A stretch of DNA of 64,000 nt from Octopus vulgaris (taxonomy: Eukaryota). The stretch lies in assembly GCA_951406725.2 (NCBI GenBank), contig OX597821.1, positions 15,686,001 through 15,750,000 of the forward strand, written 5' to 3'. The notes under the pieces were generated by a model. It made no database searches, was not told the origin of the DNA, and worked only from the letters and a program-made list of their open reading frames with translations. Below are positions 42,157 to 55,182 of this stretch, in pieces (within the stretch, counting starts at the first letter, position 1; every line of letters begins with the position of its first letter). Made by a program: the position numbers and the translations under genes.

Positions 42157-43093
42157 AACACATCGTCTTACATGGGTTACCAATATAATTTAAAATTCAT
42201 CGTTGAATGAAGGACTGAAATGTACTTTATAATAAACACAATTACACATATATGTGAGGCGTTGGAATCGAAGACAATGGTTACCACAGACATCCGCCCC
42301 CACAAAAGGAAAAATAGTTTTTGATATATTTAACTAGTCGAATTGAAGAGAGAAATTGCTTTAAATTGTACGAAATGAATAGGTGTTTCTTGAATATGAA
42401 GCTTTGTCTGACTGACTATGTCGAAAATCAATGCTAAAAACACAAAAGAACAATTCTTAATTTTCGAACAAAAAGAAAGTACATTTGAATTTCACTGAAA
42501 TATCAAAGGGGAAAAACTGACTGCATTTATATTACATATATGAGTTGACATTATATAGAAAGAAAAAATCTATGCATTGTTTTAATTCACTTTTGACTTA
42601 TTTTTAAGACGAAGCATTGAAAATCAATCGATATTTTTCTTATCTAAGCTCTCAATATATTTCTAATAAAAATATATTTTGTGATAAGAGAAAATAATGA
42701 ATTAAAAATACTCTCTTCTAATCAATGTAAAATTGAAATAAAATAATACTCAATATGATGATGATGTTTTCGATGATTTGCCACAAGGCCTCATATGTGC
42801 GTCAACAGAATTTTATAAAAATTATATACAAGACTTGGGGGTATCTACCCACACAATTACGTAAAAGATTTGGATTGGAAGAAAACATATTAAGACAATT
42901 ATATTTTTTTAAAAGTACATTTACATAAAAAATTCAAATAATGCGCATAAATATATATATATATCGATGAACCTGTGCCATCTATTTTTGAGCAAGATAT
43001 AATATTCCTTATACAGTTACTAGAATGAGTAGTAGCAGTAGTTTTGCCCACCTTCAAAATCAGAGGTCACTCCTCGCATGCCAGGTCTTTGAA

Positions 43094-43132
<39 letters not shown>

Positions 43133-43134
<2 letters not shown>

Positions 43135-44100
43135 GTATGCCAAAGCAACCAGCGCCTTCTGCCTGGAGAATTCATACAGCAATCAGTAAACTGACTTAGT
43201 TGTGATCTTGCAACAACTGAGATCCATAATTGCTCTCCGTTGCGATATCCTTACGAAAGAACTCCCAGGAGATCTTTACTGATGCACAAATAGCAAATGA
43301 TACGTATGTTCTGTACAACCAGTGGAATTACAACTCTGACTTCCAAACACAATGGAACATAGCAACAACTATAAGGTCTTTTAAGGTAATCCAGACCTTC
43401 GTATGCATATGAATCCCACCCATGCATATCGTACTGAACAATCATTTATTCTTAAATCATGTGAATACTGTGCAGCGATTCGATTCTTTTCGGCATAGAG
43501 ATCAAGAGCAGACCCCGAGGTACTTTACGAGTGTAAGACTGTAGAGATCTGTAGAGTGTTGAGCTGGAGGTAAAAGGATTTTCGTACTTCATATGTGATT
43601 CCGTTGCCACCCCGTACTCCCTCAGAGCCCTCCTGGTCAGCTCTGTTCATCTATTGTCCGAGATTGCAAGATGGTCGTCGACCGCATAGGCAGATTACTA
43701 TCACTTACTTTCTAGTTCAAGATGGATAGCTCTAAAATTATCACTTTTCTACAGTAGTGGCCTAATGCTCAGTACATGAAAAAGAGACAAGAAGAGACAA
43801 TCTTGACGAACTGGTAACCTCTGAGCCCATGCCACTATATATTACAATGATCCCCCACGGTTAAATAGAAACGAAAGCGACATTCGCAGAATATAGCTTT
43901 TTATCTTTTTCAAACTTAAAGAGATCTTGAACTCGTCAGGGTCGCACCATATGAATGTTCTTTATCCACCCTTTCGTGGTGGATGTGTTTGGTATGGTAA
44001 GCAATTCCGCATCACCAATCACCGACGACCAGCGCACAAAACTCTTGGTTAAAACAATGGCTAAAATTATAGAAACCGCGTCTAATAGAGTTTTTGACTG
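43133..44100 (+). pseudogene. GC-richer degenerate retroelement remnant, possibly a Gypsy pol C-terminus
   Basis: Compositional shift plus PPFRG and IETASNR fragments that resemble the GPY/F region; no clean ORF. Confidence 0.25.
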
Positions 44101-44473
44101 AAAATCCTAGAGCTTGAATCCCTCGAACGGTTTCCCTGAATTCTTGTTTTCGTTGAGAAAATAAGTGGCACTTCCAAATCAAATTCACCATCGTCAATAA
44201 TGAATAACAAAAATCAACAAAACCAATACTATAACTAACTATACTTTCATTCTTTCTGATTTAAATGAAAACCCGGGAAATTTTAGGAGAACCGGAGTTT
44301 TGATACCATGGTTATCTAGTACTTCACTGCCGTTTCATTTTTCGGCATCAAAAGTATAAATTGTCGATTCAGTAGGTGAAAAATCTGTAACAAATTTCGC
44401 TAAGTATATTTAAGAGGATGTAACAATATTGCCAGCTCACCACCACAGTATTTCACAAGATGATAATAATAAC

Positions 44474-44511
<38 letters not shown>

Positions 44512-46107
44512 TAATAATAATTCCAAGGGCAAAAACAACAAAACTAACAATAGATTCCAATTCAAGCATAACATTAAATTTGAAAATTAACAGATCAGTA
44601 AATATGGTGAATAAAATATAAAAAAAAAATAATGTGGGTTAATAAAATATGTTACATTGGCGAACGGAAGATGAACTATTTCTAAGTGTTTCTTAAACTG
44701 ATGACCAAAGCTGATTATGTTTATGATGCCTGAAAAAAAATTTTGTGACCACTAATATAATTTCGGCAATGCTAATTTGAATACAATCTTGAGATACCAA
44801 TTCATTTAATTAGTTGAGTAGAATCATTGAAATTATTCTCTAGACACGAATCGAAATATTATAACAAAAATTCTATATTCCAGTGAAAGTAAAGGTTAAC
44901 ATTAGAAACAGCTTGATCTTTTGTCTCACAATGTAGTAGTTCTGCTTTCTGTATCACACAACCTCTGTCCTTTCTCGTATTTACCATTGTTTTGGTTCTG
45001 TGCATTTACAACTCTACTGCCGAAAAAGAGATTACAAGTTATGTTAGTCTTGTGGCTTATCTTTAGAGATCATGTACGATATATTAATAATGATATTATA
45101 CCAACATTACTGATGAATTAGTGTTGTACAAGAAATACCATAATGCCTTAGCGAAAACTGATACTCACGTCCTAGAGAGTTTCTTATTCATAAAGTGTTT
45201 ACCCTATGAAATTGTCAGGATCAGTGATTTCTTAGAAATACAAACATTACATATGTCACTGCCATTTCAAGATGACATAAACTTCGTTCGCATTCTTATC
45301 TGCATAGTGTGATATTTTAATTCTAACAAGCCTTCTTTAAACAAACCACTAATCAAAGATATATAATTCGTTCTTTTTTTTTTCTTTTTTATGGAGATAC
45401 CTTAACTTACATGATCTAATATGTTTTTCCGTACTAAAATTATCGGGGTTTTGCCGGAAAATTTAATAGGACTACTAACATTCTGTCTACCTTCAGTATC
45501 GCATATTGACTTATAAAAAAACATACGTAAGAGACAATATTTGCTGGTGAAAGTAACTATATGAGTGTATGTGTCTTCCCAGAAGTGTGTTGCTATTTTC
45601 GCTTATCTGTGTATTCTTATCATAAGCTTTTTAATCTTATATTTTCTGAGCAAATTCAAACTTTGTCTCTTTGAATCTATCACGCTTCATTAGAATACAA
45701 GTATAAATACTTCATTTCATTTTTTTCAGTTTATTATAAAAATATTAATCTAGCCATTGTCGCCCATAAACCTTCAATTGAGCAACAGAACTTTGCTTTA
45801 TGATATTACTTGAAGCTTCGTGTTCAATTGGTATTACAGCTTCAAAATGTTATGAATTGATTTAAGACTATACAGTATTAGCATTACAGGTTCTGCAGCT
45901 TCGAAGTGTTCCTTGGCACTCTTTGATGATATCGGTGAAGTAAAAATTTCTACCTAGAAAACACGAATTACAAGTCCGTGAGGTTGAGAAAGAGAATGTT
46001 TTACTTATAAGATTTGCACAGCCATATCCTTTTATCATAGGAACTAAAATTAAAATATTCACATCAGGCATGCAGAAGGCATTGATATATACACATACAT
46101 GCACACT

Positions 46108-46163
<56 letters not shown>

Positions 46164-46253
46164 GTATGTATATATTTTACATATATATAAAATATATACA
46201 CATTTATATACTATATATATTATATATATTTATCTATACCTATGTCTATCTAT

Positions 46254-46289
<36 letters not shown>

Positions 46290-46352
46290 ATATACATATA
46301 TACATACAATATATATTATATATATTTATATATACCTATATCTATCTATCTA

Positions 46353-46409
<57 letters not shown>

Positions 46410-46517
46410 TACATGTACAGAGATGTATAGTTGAAAATTACAGAAACAGAAAACAAGACGCCAGGTGTATGGACAACAAGCAGGTGTATTAGTTTGACGC
46501 TCATGAACATGAAAATT

Positions 46518-46553
46518 TTTTTTGCGTTTCGAGCCTACGCTCTTCAACAAAAA
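46518..46553 (-). ncRNA. Degenerate minimal hammerhead-like motif in a pseudo-LTR-like fragment (~46428-46600)
   Basis: Minus strand TTGTTGA-A-GAGC gtag GCTC-GAAACGCA; helix II and GAAA intact, core mutated. Confidence 0.4.
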
Positions 46554-47309
46554 GGAATAGGAGAAAATAAACGGAGAGACAATGAAAAATCTAATAGATT
46601 TCAGTCATCCAGCATGGAGAATGATATATAAACATACATGTGTGTGTGTATCAATGTCTTCTATAAGCCTGATTTAAATATTTCAATTTTACTTCGTACG
46701 AAAAATTTTGATTAAAAGTTTATTCGTATAGGCTTGCCACTGATAGATTTTATTAGTTTTAAGGATTTTTATCCTTTAATTATGTTTACATGCATTTGTA
46801 TATATATAGTTGGACTTTACAAGAAACAAAAAGCAAAAGAAGAAGACAGGTGTATATATATACATATGTGTGTGTGTGTATGTTTAGTTATATGTATGCA
46901 CATATATGTGCGTATGTGTGTATATATTTATGTATATACATATATATGTGTGTGTGTGTGAGTGTATGTATATGTACGTATATACGTATATATGTATGTT
47001 TATACATATATGTATACACACACATACACATATATATATATATATGCATAGACAGAGAGGGATCAAAAAGAATCAACCAAAAGCACTTATACGACCATTT
47101 AGTTAAGTATAAATAACATCTATAGTACTCTAAAGTAATTTTCTGATGACTTACAACGATTAGTTCTCTGTACATGCAACGAATACAGTAGATCAAATAA
47201 TGGTTTGACCCACGCCTGGCTGATCTAATTGAGATAGCAGTAAATTCAAATGATATTAATATATTAAGTTATGCATATATATGTAAACATACGCATATAC
47301 AGGGAGTTG

Positions 47310-47353
<44 letters not shown>

Positions 47354-47358
47354 CAAAA

Positions 47359-47396
47359 CTGACTGACGAACGGGAAGGTGAAACTCTCAGTAACAG
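47359..47396 (+). ncRNA. Degenerate minimal hammerhead-like motif
   Basis: CTG-a-CTGACGA-ACgggaagGT-GAAAC tctca GTA-aCAG; helix II only 2 bp. Confidence 0.45.
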
Positions 47397-47444
47397 CTTT
47401 TGTTGTATTTCTGCTGCTTTTAAATAAATTAAATATATATACAT

Positions 47445-47780
47445 ATACATTTTCCAACTAAATGTTGTGGTCCCATAGAGGACGATGTTACTGTTGCTTT
47501 TAGCCCCAGGAAGTCGCCTCCGGCTGGCTACTGTTAGCTCTCTGTGTCCGATTAGTATTTACGAGAGGAGGTGATACACACAGACCCAGGTTTCTGAGTG
47601 TTTACCCGTCTTCAGAGTGTGATAATTACCAGCCAGTGAAGAACTATCATTCCACTCGCAACATACTATATGGTTTTCCCAGCGACAAACTGTCTTCGTG
47701 GAGGAGATGTCTTCCTGGTGCTAAAATCAACAGTAACATCGTTCTGCATAAAACCGCTACATTTTGTTGGTAAATATTTT
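47445..47780. mobile_element. Diverged inverted-repeat element of Penelope pseudo-LTR type
   Basis: ACGATGTTACTGTTG.TTTTAGC.CCAGGAAG in the ~47445-47521 arm is mirrored at ~47702-47780. Confidence 0.7.
47577..47621 (-). ncRNA. Minimal type I hammerhead motif
   Basis: Minus strand CACAC-t-CTGAAGA-cGGGT aaac ACTCa-GAA-ACCTGGGT-C-t-GTGTG. Confidence 0.65.
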
Positions 47781-48431
47781 ACGACATCCGTACTGTTATC
47801 GTTTACATCTCGCTCAGAGATTTAATATAGCTATATATCTATATTCCATCAGGAATTAGAAGCAAAGATATTGTTGTAGATATTATCGAGCGCACATACA
47901 CAATGTATATGTTTTCTTTTTTCGCCGTTTCGTTACGTATTGTGCCTGAAGACGACCTGGCGATTTGAGGCTAACGACCGCGTGATCTCCAACTACTTCT
48001 TATTACAGCGGTATGTCCTGGGTATTGAAACACCTGAAAGTCATAGACTGCCAAAACGCCTCGCCTACGACATATTCTGGTATTTGTGGCTTCACAATAT
48101 CAGGTAAATGAATCGAAACGGGAACGAATGGAATTGCCAATCTAGAAAATTAATGTTTCGTATGCATCATTGTGACACACCAATAAATGGGTTTTACAGT
48201 ATTTATACGCAATAGTAGACAGGCGATTCGGCCTGCCTCCAGTTCGATTCAGTGACATGATGCTGATAAGTTACAAAAATGGCGAAATATAGCAATCATC
48301 TACTCTTGAATGGTTGTGTTGCTTGCCTATTATTTTCAGGTTTATATCAATATATAAAATTAAACAATAATTTGCAATAACTCCATTAACATTATCAGAG
48401 ACTGACAAAGTACTACAATTTACATAGACGA

Positions 48432-48493
<62 letters not shown>

Positions 48494-48570
48494 ATTCATA
48501 AATAAGGGCAAACGAAAAAATGTCTAATGCCAAATATGCCGAAAAATTGGACATATTGTCCATTAACTTT

Positions 48571-48629
48571 TTGCCACTGACGAAGGGAGGGCTGTTATAA
48601 GCTAACCCTGAAATCGGTCCGAATGGTAA
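48571..48629 (+). ncRNA. Hammerhead-like motif, copy 1
   Basis: TTGCCA-CTGACGA-AGGG..GGCT gttata AGCT..CCCT-GAAA-TCGGTCCGA-A-TGGTAA; cleavage-site register atypical. Confidence 0.6.
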
Positions 48630-48636
48630 TAATGGA

Positions 48637-48716
<80 letters not shown>

Positions 48717-48794
48717 AATTCATAAATAAGGGCAAACGAAAAAATTTCTAATGCCAAATATGCCGAAAAATTGGACATATTGTCCATTAACTTT

Positions 48795-48853
48795 TTGCCA
48801 CTGACGAAGGGAGGGCTGTTATAAGCTAACCCTGAAATCGGTCCGAATGGTAA
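48795..48853 (+). ncRNA. Hammerhead-like motif, copy 2
   Basis: Identical to 48571-48629, 224 nt downstream. Confidence 0.6.
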
Positions 48854-49112
48854 TAATGGAATTTTTTAGAAATTTCTGTCGACCTTTTTTCGAGTAGCGT
48901 GCGAATTGTGAAAAAATTAATGGTTAATGGACAATATGTCTAATTTTTCGGCATATTTGGCATTAGAATTTTTTCGTTTGCCCTTATTTATGAATTGTTT
49001 ATAAATTTAACCTTTAAAGGTATTTTTTAATATGCTTGCCATTGATAAGATTTTTTTTGAAAATAATTTTTTCGAAAAGAATTTTTTTCGAAAAAAATTT
49101 TATCCTACATTA

Positions 49113-49176
<64 letters not shown>

Positions 49177-50969
49177 TCGCATCCTTATTTAAGTATTTAG
49201 GTAAAGATAAATGGATTCGTCTATTCGCACAGGTATTCAGTGTTATGAACTTACATTCACATAACTATATTTCACACTCACACACACATAAAGGTATAAA
49301 TTTTCACGTAAGCATTTATGTTAATCAAACATATCAAAGTTAAAATTCCTTATCTAACGAAGTTTATTTTTTTCAAATGTCAATATCTATTTGATCTCGC
49401 TCGTTGCTTCTCGTATGCCCGTTATACTTAATAAATTCAAATATTAGATTGCACAATATCACTTTTTAAATATGCTCTTGGGTTTGTCAGATTTATAGTT
49501 TCACCTCCCCTATCTATATCTGTTTAAACTTTTATCTGAAAATGATGGATTTTGCTATAATGTAATCTATGATTACACAAATGAATTCTACCAAAGCAGC
49601 TGTCATAAAACACCATTTATGTTCCATCTAATACCTACGCCACACCTAGAACAAGTTCTCAAGGTTTAAATTGGATCTTGTACATACATGTCTAGAGTAT
49701 CCTACCATCACATGATGCCTTTAGGATAGTTTTTACCTGTGATCCCTATGTTATTTTACATAGGTATATATATGGCGTTCATATACTTGAAGGGCCTAGA
49801 TTCCAATTATTTCTACAAGTAATATATATTCACAAATGTATTTATGTATTTTATTTCAGTTGTGCAACGTTGCTTGTGCTGTATTCTTCATATATGAGAA
49901 TAATAATATTAAAAATCTAGAATTGTTCCGGATTTAATCCATATTTACGGTCGGAATTTATTCTAAACATTTGCGTTTGCTCACATGTATCCGTTGGAAC
50001 GCCTTAGGTTAATTTATATAATGTAGTTTGACGTTTAGCATATTTTCATATATACGAATTCCTTTCGGAGAATTGTTTGTGGTTAAACGCAGTTTTGACA
50101 AAACCAGTCTAATACTTCTATGTAATCGTTTCCTCTTTTTCTTCCCTCATTAGGTGGTAGTCACAAGTTATAACCTTTATCTAATGGGAACAGTAAGTGT
50201 TTTATGGATTAATTTAATCTCCATTATTTCAAACCCAGTTCGTTCCATTGGTTTGTGCACTCAATGTTCTCGATTTGACTTCTTTTATCGTATTCTCCTA
50301 TAATTTTATGCACTGAAGTTTATTGATTTATATGTTTATCGATTTCATGAATAATTTTGGATAAAATATTAATATTTATATCTAATGATTCAATTTTAGT
50401 AAAAATTATTGTGAGTTTCATAAATCACAAAAGCGTTTAGAATATACACACATGCACACTCACACATACATATATATTCGTATGCTTTTCAGATGATAGC
50501 TTACGCACCTCACATATGTCCTTATTCTTACATACATTGATGCATATATATATATATATATGTATATATGTTTGTGTATAATATAAACACACTCACAGAA
50601 ATATAAAGGCGTTAAAGCATTATTTATATATAGGAATATGATGGGCGTAAGTTAAGTATTTATATTTCAGATTTCATTCATTATCTAGAAAGGTATTCAG
50701 CACTGTATAATACTAAAAAAAACATGGAATGGTTATTTAGAAACATGTATTTAAAAAGCTGTTGTCGAATATAAAATATGTTGATACGTTAAATGTATAA
50801 CGTGCGTGGTATGCATTCATTGTTTCTTAATCTTTTACTGGAAATGACAGAAGGCGTACAGAAGACAAAGATACGTTCACTGAACCATTATTCCTTCTAC
50901 AAGATATAAAGCGTTTGTGCCTCCGATCTCTTTTATGTGACAATGTTACAGAATTGTTAACACTTCAAA

Positions 50970-51170
50970 CGAATGCTTAGCGGCGTTTCGATCGTCTTTA
51001 CCTCCTGGCCTGGAGAGTCATGTAAATCTCATATCGAGAGCAATAAGAGAATATATTTTGAAAATATCCGGAATTATACACAGACATGTGCCACTTAAGT
51101 ACTGAGGGCAATTTAATCGACTAACACATTCTCCCATAATTCCAAGCCGTGTTCCTATAACTGAAAGGAT
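50970..51170 (+). mobile_element. SINE family B, very degenerate
   Basis: AATGCTTAGCGGCGTTTCG...TAAGTACTGAGG...TAATCGACTAA. Confidence 0.55.
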
Positions 51171-51949
51171 TCCGCGGCTATTGGATTTCACCTAATTAAA
51201 GACGTTATACGTTGCGTGGGAATAAATTTTCGCTCTATCGAACTGACTGGCTCGGTACAATACGTTGTGTTATATGGACATATGATTAGTAACCTGGCTC
51301 CAGAAATTCTAGTGTACCACTATAGAGATAGATACACAAATTTACCTGGTCCATCGACAGCGTTGCTCCGTCAAACACAACACACATACACATATAATTA
51401 GTGAAAATTGATTGGTTACGATGAAAGATTATAACGTTTGAGTGGTTACGAGGAAATAGCAGAAGAAATATATCCTTTAATTTAATAATTAAACGAATCA
51501 TCAATATTGAACGTTTCTCAATGTTATTATATTACACTGTTTTGAATTAATTTGTAAACTCTGAAGCAATTAATTGTGATATTAAGGTTGACATTAAGTC
51601 AAATAGAATCTCGTTTAAGAACAACCTACTTCTTGGAGGTAAATAAAATATGTTTCTATTTCAACAGCATGTCACTTGTACTTTTAACCCACACATTGAT
51701 ATATTACTTCTTTTTCTTCTACTTCTCTTTTGATTTTGTTATGCTTTTGCAAATTTACTCTAAAGCGTTCGCTCGTTAAAACAAATGGAATAATGTTAAC
51801 ACAAGAAGTATCTTATTTACTTGTACTATTGGATATCCACACTATTAATCTCATTTACATTGCCACTTCATCTTCTTTCTTAATTATATTTGAGATAATT
51901 ATACTTAATATACTGCATGGAATTTTTTAGGTAACAATTTGTTTCCCAG

Positions 51950-52220
51950 ATTACTCGTTCAGGAATGAAGTAAATACTCACTTGCACAGATTGATATATC
52001 GCATATTCATCTGATCTACAATATAAACTGTAACATGACTATTTATTTGGAGAGTCGCGTAAAGTTCATATCCACTGCACAGGGAAATATAGTTTGAACT
52101 TATACGGAAGCATACACAGGCCTAAGTGAAGTTTGCCGGTCCTGACGAAGATGGAATTAAATTTATTGACCCAATACAGATCGCGGAAGCTTCCTTAGCA
52201 TTTATCTTTCGCTAAGATCT
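51950..52220 (+). pseudogene. Degenerate RTE C-terminal remnant
   Basis: YLFGE and DRGSF fragments resemble RTE LLYGEL and DRxxW motifs; weak. Confidence 0.3.
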
Positions 52221-52712
52221 AAGAAACACATACGCAGTGAATTAAATTATTTTGACCGCACCAAGTGCTTAGAAATTTGATATATTTTTCTTTCACATTG
52301 GAATCCATAATATAATCATCTATGGCATTTCTATGAACTCAAATATATATGTGTAGATAATAAATAGCAGCAAATTATTATAAGAAAAATAACACATTTT
52401 AGAATCCATTAGAACAATATTACTCTCATCAGGGAGAGTAGAATACTAACAGTAAAAGACGCATGGGATAGAGATGGAAATGCAAGAGAAACCAATATTG
52501 GGAATCAGTTATGAAATTTAAAAGTATGAAGACGTTTTTATTATTCAACTTACAAGTATGTTCCATATTCAACGAACTGATAACTTCATAAGTATGCTGA
52601 ATTATGTTTTTAAGTGCGTATGATTTCATAGGTTCATACTTCGCTTCGGTATTATATATATTATTTATCATTGACACACAGAGAATCATTAAAATGCTAA
52701 TATTTCAAAGTG

Positions 52713-52930
52713 TCCAAGGCGGTGAGCTGGCTGAAAGGTTAGTACACCGGGCGAAATGCTTAGCGTAATTCGTCTGTCTTTACGTTCTGAGTTCAAATAC
52801 CGCTGAGGTCGACTTTGCACTTCATCCTTTCGGGAGCCGATACATTAAGCAACAGTTGCGTACTGGGATCGATGTAATCGACTAGTCCCCTCTTCCCAAA
52901 ACTTCGGACCTTGTTCCTAAATTAGAAACG
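52713..52930 (+). mobile_element. SINE family B, full length, alternative tail, with a 14-bp target-site duplication
   Basis: Duplication AATATTTCAAAGTG at 52699-52712 and 52931-52944. Confidence 0.92.
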
Positions 52931-53362
52931 AATATTTCAAAGTGCCCCATATGTAACTATCTATTTTAATGAAATCTGACAATTTATCTATGTTTATCAT
53001 AAATAATATGTGTTACTTTGATAATAATTTTCTAATTGCTATAATTGTTTCACAATTTTATTTTCCTTTCTGTCCACGACAGTATTTTTTCAGTTTGGCT
53101 GCAGTCATTTTTCTTTACCTTCATCCAAAAGATGGGGCAATATTATAGCTGAAAATAAAGAACGTATCTACTTTGCAGTGCAAGAGATAACTCTTGAAAT
53201 TCTTCAAAAGGTAGTTCACATGACACGGATGGATTTGAAAATTGCAATGATGCAGACGGAACACATGTTCAAAATTTTCTATAAAGTTTAACGTACGATT
53301 TATGTTTTGGTTTTATAATTAAGTAATAAACATAATATATTGTCATTTATTATTATCATTAT

Positions 53363-53641
53363 TCAGTATTTTTATATTTACAGCGTGCTTTCACTTCACT
53401 ACCGAGGTATGTGCTGTGATTTGTTGTGATGCTCTGATGGTTATTGTATGGAAAGTGTTCTGCGTAGGATGTGTGCAGTGCCTAGTAGTGCAATTTTCTG
53501 TATGTTATATGTGTTTGTAAGTCCTGGTGTTTTTGTTATGTATTTGTCTGAATATTTTTTTATCATGCCTAATGCACCTACTATGATAGGAATTGTTTCT
53601 GTTTATAGATTCCACATTCTGGTTACCTCTATTTCCAGGTT
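53363..53641 (-). mobile_element. R4/Dong-like LINE 3' fragment with 3' UTR, in (AAT)n
   Basis: Minus-strand translation LEIEVTRMWNL*TETIPIIVGALGMIKK...IQKIALLGTAHILRRTLS; TTA repeats on both flanks. Confidence 0.85.
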
Positions 53642-53661
53642 TTTTATTATTATTATTGTTA

Positions 53662-54217
53662 TTGAGTGAGAGAGCAGTGTATGCTATCAAAGTGACATGG
53701 GTAAAATATACGAAGCCCAGTATACCCATCTTGACTACCCGACTGATAAGGGAACACCAAGCACATGTATCACAACCATATGTGCGCGACATGGTGATCT
53801 CATGTCAAGATAGATAGCACATGACTTTGCAGGTGGGGCCCAATTAGAATTTTTTTCTGGTCGAGTAACCCATCCTGCTCAAAAGGTGTTTAAATAAGGG
53901 TTGTTTAAGGATGTTGAACGAACAACCCATGCTTCCATAGGTGAATTATTCAAACCCCAAAAATTCCTCTCGACACATAGCTATGATGCTCCCCCACTAA
54001 TTCTGCTCGTGATCAGAGATGCACATATCGTGGGCCACTAAGGGACATGCTCAACTGGTTATGTTCAAACAACTGAGAAGCAAATCTGTGGTATTGAGCA
54101 AAATATTTGCCGTAGCTCATCTTTTATACCAAGACAAAACAATGTACATGATAACACTTCCAATCAGTTAAGACGAAAAGCCATAAGAGACACTGCCTGG
54201 TACTGAATCAATGCATT
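53662..54217 (-). mobile_element. Family D repeat, second copy
   Basis: Reverse complement is colinear with 205-733 and ~30 bp longer at the 5' end; flanked by (TTA)n. Confidence 0.8.
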
Positions 54218-54233
54218 TTTATTATTGTTATTA

Positions 54234-54274
<41 letters not shown>

Positions 54275-54649
54275 ATTATTATTATTATTACTATTATTAT
54301 TTTTAATTTGCCCGATTTCATTTAAAAAGATAGTAAATTCTAGGATGCCCATTAATTGGGTTACTAATTAGACAGTTTGCATTGTCCGTTTCTAGAAGTG
54401 GATTTTCGAAGTAATATCTGTCTATCAGATTTAAGTCACCCAATCAGGAATCTTGTGATTCATGTGATTCTTTAATATTCATCTACAGAAAATATACATT
54501 CAGTTTACGGTTGTAATAAGTATTCCGTTTAATACCCCAATGTTTTATAGAGTGTAATGCAATTAAGCTTGTGGTATTTCTCTCGCTTTCTCTATCTCTT
54601 ACTTTCTCCGTCTCTCTCTACCTATACCCACTCTCTCTCTCTCTCTCTT

Positions 54650-54688
<39 letters not shown>

Positions 54689-55050
54689 AGTTTTATAAAT
54701 GAACGTATATTACAGACCAACGAGACCTAATTGTTTAGATTTGATAATGAAGTTCTAGTATATAAAGATGATGGTTTAAGATAGAGAGTATATAATTCCT
54801 TTATGTTTCTGAAGTAATATTTACTCTAGTGTCTTATTACATACTAAAGAAAACAAATTAATATAGATTCAAAGGATTTAGATATTGGGTAGTTGCACTT
54901 TCTAATAACTAGTCATTTCAGGTAGTCAAAAACAGTTATGTATATATCTACCTGTTTTTTTCTTTCACTCTTTCATTTATATTTATCTATCTATCTATAT
55001 ATATATATCTTTCATTCCGCTCTCTCACACTCTCTATATATTTAGTATAT

Positions 55051-55088
<38 letters not shown>

Positions 55089-55132
55089 TACATATAGATA
55101 TATACATGTATGCATACATATATATACATACA

Positions 55133-55182
<50 letters not shown>

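Larger units (their letters stand above)
48430..49113 (+). mobile_element. Tandem plus inverted hammerhead-bearing element (Penelope-like or retrozyme-like)
   Basis: Two nearly identical units (48430-48635 and 48636-48860), each with (AT)n and a hammerhead fold; 81-bp inverted arm at 48923-49003. Confidence 0.75.

Noticed and set aside
48430-48860. CRISPR-like reading of repeated units
   Set aside because: Eukaryotic context, units over 200 bp, no unique spacers and no cas genes.
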